Shown here one piece after another: positions 36,276-43,645 of a stretch of 52,137 bases of DNA. A model generated the notes under the pieces. It saw nothing but the letters and a program-made list of their open reading frames with translations. It did not search any database and had not been told where the DNA came from. The translations under genes were made by a program, and so were the position numbers. Positions within the stretch are counted from its first letter, which is position 1. Each line of letters begins with the position of its first letter. Source of the DNA: Candidatus Sabulitectum sp. (GTDB lineage Bacteria; Fermentibacterota; Fermentibacteria; Fermentibacterales; JCC-6); contig DAINQE010000011.1 in assembly GCA_036743055.1 (NCBI GenBank), positions 5,516 through 57,652 on the forward strand, written 5' to 3'.

Positions 36276-37055
36276 ATGAGAATTGGTACCTGGTTCTTCA
36301 TTGCTATGCTCCTGCCGTTCGGTGCAGCTGCGGAGCAGGCTGTCCAGACTGGATCGGTTGAGGTTGACGCCTTCACGGGCATGGATGTTTCAGTGGATAA
36401 CATCAGCGGGACCATTCATGTAGAGGGAACCGACACTGAACTGGTCCAGGCCTCCTGGACGGTGAACTGCGGTTCCGAAGAGGAACTCGAAGCTCTGGAG
36501 GTAATCGTCTCCACCGAGAGCGGATTGAGCCTCTCAGTGGATTACAGCGATGACTGGGACAGGTGCGTGGACTGCAGCGTGGACTTCGTTCTTACCGTGC
36601 CCCGGAGTATTGCAATGAACTACAGCCTTGACGCGGTCAATGGAGATCTGGAATTGATCGAAGCGCGGGGAACCGCCGGGCTGGCTCTGGTGAACGGCGG
36701 GATAACCCTGACCGATTTCCAGGGCGGAGCCAGCATTGATGTGGTGAACGGAGAGGTAAGCGCAGCCGGATCACCGGGGTTATACACCGTGGATATGGTG
36801 AACGGCGCGCTGGACCTGGTCCTGGAGCAGCTTGAAGGGGACCTGTCGGTGGAGACTGTGAACGCATCGGTAACCGTGGAGCTTCTGACTGAAGCGCAGG
36901 TAATGGCGGAGACCATGTCAGGGGAGATCGACATAGACCCTGAGCATAGGCCCGAGATGGAACAGGGGATCGCTTCGAGGTCCGCCTCCTTCGGCGACGG
37001 GGGAGAGGTAAGTATTTTCATCAGCACCCTTAACGGTGACATCGAGATAAAGTAG
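36276..37055 (+). CDS. DUF4097-like beta-strand-repeat (putative adhesin) protein, secreted
   Basis: Signal peptide MRIGTWFFIAMLLPFGAAA. Repeated VNG-x-I/L...G-D-L motifs (VNGDLELI, VNGGITLT, VNGEVSAA, VNGALDLV, LNGDIEIK). Confidence 0.7.
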   Translation: MRIGTWFFIAMLLPFGAAAEQAVQTGSVEVDAFTGMDVSVDNISGTIHVEGTDTELVQASWTVNCGSEEELEALEVIVSTESGLSLSVDYSDDWDRCVDCSVDFVLTVPRSIAMNYSLDAVNGDLELIEARGTAGLALVNGGITLTDFQGGASIDVVNGEVSAAGSPGLYTVDMVNGALDLVLEQLEGDLSVETVNASVTVELLTEAQVMAETMSGEIDIDPEHRPEMEQGIASRSASFGDGGEVSIFISTLNGDIEIK

Positions 37056-37076
37056 AGAAAAAGCCGCAACAAGAAG

Positions 37077-37100
37077 AAGGCCGGGTTTGACCCCGGCCTT
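37077..37100. terminator. Hairpin between convergent genes (terminator-like)
   Basis: 9-bp stem AAGGCCGGG / CCCGGCCTT with a 6-nt loop, in the 64-nt gap between the stops at 37055 (+) and 37120 (-). The flanking U-tract is weak. Confidence 0.5.
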
Positions 37101-37119
37101 CTCCTGCAGCCAGATCGGC

Positions 37120-37779
37120 TTAGAAGGTAGCCTTGATGGATGCCCAGGTGGCGGGCTGAAGGGACTGGCCTTCGGCAACCACGATGTCGTCCCAGTAAAT
37201 GGGATCTCCGCCGTCTGAGAAGATGTCAAGGGCGTCGAACTCGAGAATGCCGCTGGTGGGGGACCAGGGGATGGTCTCCACGAAGGTGCCGTTGTAGTAG
37301 ATGTTCTGTGAGTTGGCTCCGAGCATTATCTCGACCTTCACCTCTACCCACTGGTCGTCGATGATGTCAACCACGCCGGATCCCTCGGTGACCATCATCT
37401 GTCCGATCTCGTTGTCGAACTTCAGCTGAAGGGCCCAGTCGCTGCTGGCTCCCTCGTAGTAGGTGAGAAGTATGAAGAACTGATCACCCGTTGCGGTGGA
37501 GGGGATGTAGTGCCAGGCGCTTATTTCCCAGTTGCCCTCGGTGATGTTGAACTCCTGGACAACATCGGATGTGGATATGGGCATGAGGGAATGGGGCGAA
37601 CTCTGGAACTGCACGCCGGTGACATAGGCGTCGTAGGCTGGATTGTCGTCCCAGCAGGTCCATCCGCCCTGGCCATAGATGCCGGATCCCGAGTCGTAGG
37701 AGTCGAAGTTGTCCGACCACTGCGCAGCGGCTGCCGATGCCATTATCAGCGCAAGGCCGAAAACAAGACCTTTTCTCAT
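37120..37779 (-). CDS. Secreted jelly-roll/LamG-like protein with C-terminal tail ATWASIKATF
   Basis: Signal peptide MRKGLVFGLALIMASAAAAQ. Body DNFDSYDSG...GGWTCWDD...WVEVKVEI looks concanavalin/LamG-like. The last 9 residues match the tail of the 9748-11521 triplet. Confidence 0.78.
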   Translation of the reverse strand: MRKGLVFGLALIMASAAAAQWSDNFDSYDSGSGIYGQGGWTCWDDNPAYDAYVTGVQFQSSPHSLMPISTSDVVQEFNITEGNWEISAWHYIPSTATGDQFFILLTYYEGASSDWALQLKFDNEIGQMMVTEGSGVVDIIDDQWVEVKVEIMLGANSQNIYYNGTFVETIPWSPTSGILEFDALDIFSDGGDPIYWDDIVVAEGQSLQPATWASIKATF

Positions 37780-37823
37780 AGTATCTCCTTCCTCTTTCGG
37801 ACACTCTCCGTGTCGTGTTTCTG

Positions 37824-37852
37824 TTAATAGCTCAAAGCCCTCAACAGGTCAA
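37824..37852 (-). promoter_or_regulatory. Candidate sigma-70-type promoter of 37120-37779
   Basis: On the minus strand: TTGACC, 17 nt spacer, TATTAA, about 45 nt upstream of ATG 37779. Confidence 0.5.
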
Positions 37853-37881
37853 GGGGCGTGCGACTAAACGCATATTCACCG

Positions 37882-37909
37882 TTGCAGCGGGTTTGCCCTG
37901 TGTTATACT
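37882..37909 (+). promoter_or_regulatory. Candidate sigma-70-type promoter of the 37932 gene
   Basis: TTGCAG (37882-37887), 16 nt spacer, TATACT (37904-37909). Confidence 0.35.
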
Positions 37910-37931
37910 CGAACCCCGAGGATCCTGGAGG

Positions 37932-38336
37932 GTGTCATTGACCGAGAAATTCCGCATTGCCGTTGATGCCGACGAGAGGCTGTTGCGCATTTCCGTACGG
38001 GGCTTCTGGTCCACGGAGGAAGCCATGGAGTACCGGCGCAGGCTCGAAGAGGCAATGGATCTCCTGGGTTCGACCGAACCCTGGAACGTTATAGCCGATG
38101 TCCGTCTGTTTCCCGTGCAGCCTGCACCCGTTCAGAAGATACACCGGGAACTGATGCAGCAGGCCCTTCTCAGGGGAATGGACAGGTCCGCCAACATCGT
38201 GGGCGGTCCCCTGACCAGGATACAGATCGAAGAACTGGCCTCCACCGCATGGCCGGAGAAGGGTCACTTTGAGTACTTCCTCAATGAGGGTGAAGCCGAT
38301 TCCTGGCTCAGACGGACTGAGAGCGGTTTTGCTTAA
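37932..38336 (+). CDS. SpoIIAA/STAS-like small protein (hypothetical)
   Basis: No ATG. GTG 37932 or TTG 37938 follows GGAGG. Sequence FRIAVDADERLLRISVRGFWSTEEAMEY...VIADVR resembles STAS-like (SpoIIAA-like) domains. Confidence 0.5.
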   Translation: MSLTEKFRIAVDADERLLRISVRGFWSTEEAMEYRRRLEEAMDLLGSTEPWNVIADVRLFPVQPAPVQKIHRELMQQALLRGMDRSANIVGGPLTRIQIEELASTAWPEKGHFEYFLNEGEADSWLRRTESGFA

Positions 38337-38751
38337 AGGAAAGGCTTCGTCCCTCTTCGGGCTTGCCGGACTTCCCCGCAGGGCGGCTGAGGTTCTGGAG
38401 AGTGAAGGCTTGCTGTTCCTGGAGGAGGGCGTGAGGATAACGGTGGTCTACCATCTTTTCAAGGCAAGTGGCAGGTACTTCAGGAACAAGAGGGAGACAG
38501 GCTGGGGTTCGCTGGGCATCTCCCGAAGCAGGATGGTGGGCTACGCCTTCAGGAAGAAGCTGCTTCACATACCCTTCGAAGGCCCCGAATCACAGGCGGT
38601 GAAGTTTTCCCTGGTTGACCGGAGGGTCCTTGTCATGGCTGTGGACCCCTCCGTTGCCGATCCGGGAAGGGAGGGCCGCATCGAGGTGAGGTACCATACC
38701 CGAAGAGCGCCTGAGGCCTACGGTCTTATCAGGGAGCTCACCGGTCGCTGA
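38329..38751 (+). CDS. Hypothetical protein
   Basis: The ORF has protein-like composition but no ATG until late. A TTG 38329 start overlapping the upstream stop is a guess. 14-nt convergent overlap with the PLD gene. Confidence 0.4.
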   Translation: MLKGKASSLFGLAGLPRRAAEVLESEGLLFLEEGVRITVVYHLFKASGRYFRNKRETGWGSLGISRSRMVGYAFRKKLLHIPFEGPESQAVKFSLVDRRVLVMAVDPSVADPGREGRIEVRYHTRRAPEAYGLIRELTGR

Positions 38752-39265
38752 CCGGCTCCGGACAGACCTTCCTCATTCTGCAGTCTCCGCAGCGGTTCCC
38801 CATCCATATGCCGTCGAAGTATTCCTCCATTTCGGCTATCACCGATGGGTCTTCCGTATAAAAACCTGTCTCGAAGTTTCTCTTGCCCGGGGACCTGGCC
38901 CCCATTCCGGCACCGGTGAGATTAGCGCTGCCACAGTAGCCCCCTCTGCCGTCCACAAGTATCAGTTTGGAGTGATTTCTGGGACAGTGAAGCATCTCGA
39001 ACCCCGCCCCGGTCCTCAGCTCCAGAGAATCATTCAGTGTACGGATGAATGGAGCGGATGGTACCCCTCCGTGCAGTATCCTGAAGGATACACCGCTTCT
39101 CTGGAGCTTCTCGAAATGGCGGAGCAGGGGCTTTCTCCTTTTCCCTGGCTGCGGGAGGTGAAGGTCTTTAAGGTTGGCGGTGGCTATCCACACCCTTTCC
39201 GCCGCTTTCATCACAAAACCCTCAAGGATCAGGGAGAAGTGCTCTTCGTCCTTTACGAACCTCAT
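38738..39265 (-). CDS. Single-HKD phospholipase D superfamily protein (Nuc-like nuclease or phospholipid enzyme) with C-terminal Cys cluster
   Basis: Perfect HxK-x4-D-x6-GSxN motif HSKLILVDGRGGYCGSAN (38924-38974). 175 aa. C-terminus CGDCRMRKVCP. ATGA overlap with the upstream gene. Confidence 0.82.
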   Translation of the reverse strand: MRFVKDEEHFSLILEGFVMKAAERVWIATANLKDLHLPQPGKRRKPLLRHFEKLQRSGVSFRILHGGVPSAPFIRTLNDSLELRTGAGFEMLHCPRNHSKLILVDGRGGYCGSANLTGAGMGARSPGKRNFETGFYTEDPSVIAEMEEYFDGIWMGNRCGDCRMRKVCPEPVSDR

Positions 39266-41151
39266 TTCATCCTTTTCGATTCCCTGTAGAGGGATTTCCT
39301 TTCCCGGGCAATTGTTGACGAGACCACATTTGCGGACATGCCGGCGCTCCCCGCGAAGCGCTCTAGAAGGGCTTTCTCCGACTGGTCAAGCTCTCCATCG
39401 GCAAGGGACATCCTTACCATTGCCCGGAGCAGCTCCATGGACTCTGAACCGGTGGATGGAGGTTGAACCGGGGAGTCCTCCGAAGAGGCCGTTGCAATTA
39501 TGGAGCCGAGCCTTTCTTCGGAGATCCCCCTCTGTGCGGCGAAGTGTTCCAGCATTTCCATTTCCTGTGGATCCAGCCTGCCGTCGGAATGCATCATCCG
39601 GGCCATGGCTATCAGCAGGATGTCCGCGGAGACAGGCATGGCGCCGGAAACCGGGGAGATCCTTGCGGAGTTCACCCTGGCCCCGGTGAAGGGCATGATC
39701 CCCTCCAGCACCCAGGAGCCGCTTCCGTCGTTCAGCGGGCGGCCGCAGTAGGCGCAGGAACCGCCCTCCTCACCTGTGTAAGGGGCGCCGCAGCCGTGAC
39801 AGTGGGCGCTGTGAAGACCGGCTGAGGCCAGTGTCTTCACACCGTGTTTCCTCATCAGGGTGAAAAGGTTGGGCCGTATTGTCTTCGGACCCACTGAGGA
39901 TACCCTGCCGTTACCGTCTATCCAGGCGTTGGCGGCGGACCATTTTACAAGGACATGGACCCTGTCGAACCCGGTTCCAACGGCGATCTCCTGAACCTCC
40001 ACCGCTCCCACGGCGGCGTCGCTGAAGAAGAGATGGGAATCTCCTTCAGAGGTCTGGGAGATCCGCTCTTCCAGGGAATCGGCGAAGTTCCCGGCGGCCA
40101 CCTTTCGCACAGGGTCCGCGGAATTGTCGAAGTAGCTCTTTATGTATCTCCAGAATACAACCGAAGCGGTATCCTCTATGGTCTGCAGGTTGAATCCCGG
40201 GTCCTCAGCAGTGATGTCTTCGTAGCCTGGTATCCTCTCCGGCGAAGAAGAAGTGCTCCACTCCACCGACTGGGTTATCTCCGCGAGTACCCAGTCGTAC
40301 TCGCCGCTGGTCACAACAGCGTCGCAGTATCCGCAGTTACCGGAATCGTTGAGCTCCAGGGGGGCTCCGCAGTTGGGGCAGACCCCCTCCACCAGGCCCC
40401 TGCCGCTGGTGGTGACCGCACCGGGCCGCCTGAGGAAACTCCAGTACTCAACGAAGGTGCCGGTATAGTTCTCCCTTATCTTCCTCCCTGACTCCAGGCT
40501 CACGTCATAGTCCCTGGCGCTGGCGGTTATCTTCACGTGCATCGTGTCGAAATGCCTGTCGGACTCCACCGATACCACTTCGGCTGAGAGGACTTGAACG
40601 TCTTCCATCAGGTTCCTGATCCCCTGCTTTTTCTGCATGTGCATCTGCAGGGAGAACCTCTCGTTGACCCCGTCGCTGATGAAACGCCTTACCGAGGCGA
40701 TGTCCTGTTCGGACCAGCCCTTCTGGACCTCGATGAACGCCCTGCGGACCATGGCCAGGAATCCCTCTTCGGAGAACTCCGGATCCCGGGTCATGAGATC
40801 GGCCAGCGCCGTTCGCTTCGCTTCCGGTGCCTGCCTCTGATTCAGGTTCCTGTTCCCGGCCTTCTGTATGGCGGCGTACTGGCCCTTGACCCGTTTCTTC
40901 TTCACGATGATGGATATCACCACAATGGCTATCACAAGTGGTATGCCGATACATGGCTGCTCTATGCAGAGCCTTATGAGGAAGTAAACGAGGATTCCCA
41001 GCCCGTCGCCTCCTCCGCCACCGGATGAGGACCCTCCGCCGCCTCCATAGCTCTGACCACCCCCGGCCCGGGCCATTGCCTCTCCGGCAAGAAGGGAAAG
41101 GATTACAAGGACAGCGACCGGCAGGAAGCGACCCTTCCAGGGCAGGTTCAT
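39262..41151 (-). CDS. Membrane protein: signal/Gly-rich/TM N-terminus, two Tim44-like (SnoaL-fold) domains each followed by a zinc ribbon, C-terminal TerB-like repeats
   Basis: Start ATG 41151 (MNLPWKG) after GGAGGTGCAAC. ARAGGGQSYGGGGGSSSGGGGG plus a TM as in bacterial Tim44-like proteins. CPNCGAPL..CGYCDA and CHGCGAPY..CAYCGRPL. C-terminus ARMMHSDGRLDPQEMEML and VRMSLADGELDQSEKALL (TerB-like). Confidence 0.72.
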   Translation of the reverse strand: MNLPWKGRFLPVAVLVILSLLAGEAMARAGGGQSYGGGGGSSSGGGGGDGLGILVYFLIRLCIEQPCIGIPLVIAIVVISIIVKKKRVKGQYAAIQKAGNRNLNQRQAPEAKRTALADLMTRDPEFSEEGFLAMVRRAFIEVQKGWSEQDIASVRRFISDGVNERFSLQMHMQKKQGIRNLMEDVQVLSAEVVSVESDRHFDTMHVKITASARDYDVSLESGRKIRENYTGTFVEYWSFLRRPGAVTTSGRGLVEGVCPNCGAPLELNDSGNCGYCDAVVTSGEYDWVLAEITQSVEWSTSSSPERIPGYEDITAEDPGFNLQTIEDTASVVFWRYIKSYFDNSADPVRKVAAGNFADSLEERISQTSEGDSHLFFSDAAVGAVEVQEIAVGTGFDRVHVLVKWSAANAWIDGNGRVSSVGPKTIRPNLFTLMRKHGVKTLASAGLHSAHCHGCGAPYTGEEGGSCAYCGRPLNDGSGSWVLEGIMPFTGARVNSARISPVSGAMPVSADILLIAMARMMHSDGRLDPQEMEMLEHFAAQRGISEERLGSIIATASSEDSPVQPPSTGSESMELLRAMVRMSLADGELDQSEKALLERFAGSAGMSANVVSSTIARERKSLYRESKRMK

Positions 41152-41187
41152 GTTGCACCTCCAGGGCTGGCGTATATTATTCATTCG

Positions 41188-42267
41188 ATGAAAGAAGTCT
41201 ATCCAGACAGGAGCGGGATGTCCATATCGAAAGTACCGGACGGGTTCGCAGACCAGCTTTGTCGAATGGACCCTCCTGTGACCCTCGTTGTCAACGACGG
41301 CACCAGACCTTCACCAGCTCAAGTCCTGAAGTCTCTCTTACCGTTCCTGGGAGCATCCTTCAGGATAATCTTCGCAACCGGCGCTCACAGACCGCCTGAT
41401 CCAGTGGAGAGGAGGAGGATTCTGGGAGCAGTGGCAGACATGGGCATACAGGAAACGAGCAATGACTGCGACGACGGTTCCCAAGTTTTCATCGGAACCA
41501 CATCCAGGGGAACCCCGGTGGAACTTCATCCCTGGCTTCTGGAGGGTTCCGTTCTTGGTATCAATACCGTCGAGCCCCATTATTTCGCCGGTTTTACCGG
41601 AGGGAGAAAGTCATTCCTGCCCGGCTGCGCCAGCAGGAAGACCATAACCTCAAATCATTTTCTCGCGTGTTTCCCCGGATCGGCTGCCGGCCGCCTCCAC
41701 GGGAACCCGGTTCACCTGGACATGGAGGAGGGCGCGGGTCTACTCTATGAAAGGACACCCTGCCTGATGGTCAACGGGACCTCCATGGGGGAGGTGTTCT
41801 CTGGACTGCCCGGTGAATCCTTCGTGAAGGCAGCGGAGAAAGCCGCAGTTATTCACGGGGTTCCGGTGGAAGAACCCTTCAGCTCACTGACGGTAACCCC
41901 TGGGGGACCCCTTGAAGGAAGCCTCTATCAGTCACTGAAGGCGGTTTTCCTCTGGGCTGACGCCGTTGAGACCGGCGGGAGCCTTGTTCTGGAATCCCCA
42001 TGCAATGAGGGTCTGGGGGCTCCGCAGATGGACAGGATCCTGAAACTTTCCGCAGGCATCCTGAACCCGCCAAAGGACAGATCGGACTACCTACTGGGGG
42101 ATCACGCGGCGCTGAGGCTCTCCTCAATAAGAAGAAGGATCCGCCTCTCCCTGGAAACCGATTTTCGGTTCGATGACTACGGATTCCCGGAACGGGCCGG
42201 TTCAGGCGGGGCCAGGCTTGAGGGAGCTGGTTTTCTTTTTCCGGTGATGAGGGGAACCGATGCATAA
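41188..42267 (+). CDS. LarA-like (DUF2088, nickel-pincer-nucleotide-dependent racemase/epimerase superfamily) protein
   Basis: EPHYFAGFTGGRKSFLPG and HGNPVH motifs as in the lactate racemase family. The start is uncertain: ATG 41188 is only 36 nt from the divergent start at 41151; the alternative is ATG 41218. Confidence 0.65.
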   Translation: MKEVYPDRSGMSISKVPDGFADQLCRMDPPVTLVVNDGTRPSPAQVLKSLLPFLGASFRIIFATGAHRPPDPVERRRILGAVADMGIQETSNDCDDGSQVFIGTTSRGTPVELHPWLLEGSVLGINTVEPHYFAGFTGGRKSFLPGCASRKTITSNHFLACFPGSAAGRLHGNPVHLDMEEGAGLLYERTPCLMVNGTSMGEVFSGLPGESFVKAAEKAAVIHGVPVEEPFSSLTVTPGGPLEGSLYQSLKAVFLWADAVETGGSLVLESPCNEGLGAPQMDRILKLSAGILNPPKDRSDYLLGDHAALRLSSIRRRIRLSLETDFRFDDYGFPERAGSGGARLEGAGFLFPVMRGTDA

Positions 42268-43645
42268 CACTTTCAGGAGACGGCTGATATTCATCGTTCT
42301 TGCAGCGGTGTCCATATGGGTCTTCCTCCTTTACACCCATTCCCTGGTTGAAAGGCTGGAGAGCGCTTCAAGAAGGAACTGCGAAACGATCGCCAGACTC
42401 TGGGCGGGGGTTCAGTACCCCCTCAGCATGATCGGGAATCCTTCAGGGATAATGTCCTGCACCGTGTGCGGATCTCCGGGGGAGTTCCATGGACAGGAGA
42501 GTGAAGAGGTTTTCTGCAGTGTCTGCGGTGACACCACTCTCTTCATCAGGACGGCGAGGCTTCTTCCGGATGAGAGGGAGGACATCATCGTTTCCACCAG
42601 GAGGCTCTTCGCTGATGTGGTCAACAGGCTTGATTTCCCCACGGTTTTTTCCGACAGGTACGGTCGTCCACAGATAGTTGACGGAGAGGTGACCGATGGC
42701 TTCGACCGCGAGAGGATGGAATCGATCAGACATAGGATGGAGCATCTGAGCAGGGAGAACGAACCTGTACCTCTCCTTGTGAGAGGTGATACCATAGGGT
42801 ACCTTTATTACGGCACCTCAGGGCTTGACTCGGAGATGAGCATGATGCCTTTCCTGGAACTGGGGCTGCTTCTTGCGGCGTCGGCGGTGATCTTCATCTT
42901 CCTCCGGTCGGAGGTCGCCGCCGAGAGGAACATGTCCTGGGTCGGTTTCGCCAGGGAGACCGCCCATCAGCTGAGCACTCCGCTCTCCTCGCTCATGGGG
43001 TGGCTGCAGCTTCTGGAAGATGACCGGAAGGTCATGTCGAATCCGGAAACCGCCGAGGCGGTGGCCCACATGAACGCCGACGTGGAGAGGCTGGCCAGCA
43101 TTGCCGCCAGGTACGGGCAGATGGGGAGGGAGCCGAAGCTCACCCCGCTTCGAGTCTGGGACATAGTTGAGGAAACGGTTGATTATTTCAGCCTTCGAAA
43201 GGGGCTTCTTGGTTCCGGGGTCATCCTGGAGAAGAGGAACTCATGCCCTGATGCGAGGATAATGGGGAACGGAGTACTCCTGGGCTGGGTTCTGGAGAAC
43301 CTTATCAAGAATGCCGTTGCCGCCTGTGCTTCCAGCCCTGGAGGTGGGCTCATAAAGATAGAGTGCTCCCAGGGGGAAGGAGGAAGGGACGACCTTGAAC
43401 TCAGGGTTACCGACAACGGTACTGGGATTCCCTATTCTGACCAGGGGAAGGTCTTCAATGCGGGCTTTACCACAAGGAAAGGCGGCTGGGGTCTGGGACT
43501 GTCCCTTGCGAAGAGGATAGTGGAGGAGTATCACGGAGGAAACATCAGGCTTGCCTCCAGCGTTCCCGGAGAGGGAACATCCTTCGTTATCACACTGCCG
43601 GGACTGGGAGGTGATGAAGCTGATAACAATTCTTTGGGTGGATGA
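42260..43645 (+). CDS. Sensor histidine kinase (PorY-like by context) with CxxC-N15-CxxC in the extracytoplasmic loop
   Basis: Two TM segments. H-box ETAHQLSTPLSSLMGW. N/G boxes LIKNAV, DNGTGIP, GGWGLGL. 8-nt overlap with the upstream gene. Confidence 0.85.
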   Translation: MHNTFRRRLIFIVLAAVSIWVFLLYTHSLVERLESASRRNCETIARLWAGVQYPLSMIGNPSGIMSCTVCGSPGEFHGQESEEVFCSVCGDTTLFIRTARLLPDEREDIIVSTRRLFADVVNRLDFPTVFSDRYGRPQIVDGEVTDGFDRERMESIRHRMEHLSRENEPVPLLVRGDTIGYLYYGTSGLDSEMSMMPFLELGLLLAASAVIFIFLRSEVAAERNMSWVGFARETAHQLSTPLSSLMGWLQLLEDDRKVMSNPETAEAVAHMNADVERLASIAARYGQMGREPKLTPLRVWDIVEETVDYFSLRKGLLGSGVILEKRNSCPDARIMGNGVLLGWVLENLIKNAVAACASSPGGGLIKIECSQGEGGRDDLELRVTDNGTGIPYSDQGKVFNAGFTTRKGGWGLGLSLAKRIVEEYHGGNIRLASSVPGEGTSFVITLPGLGGDEADNNSLGG

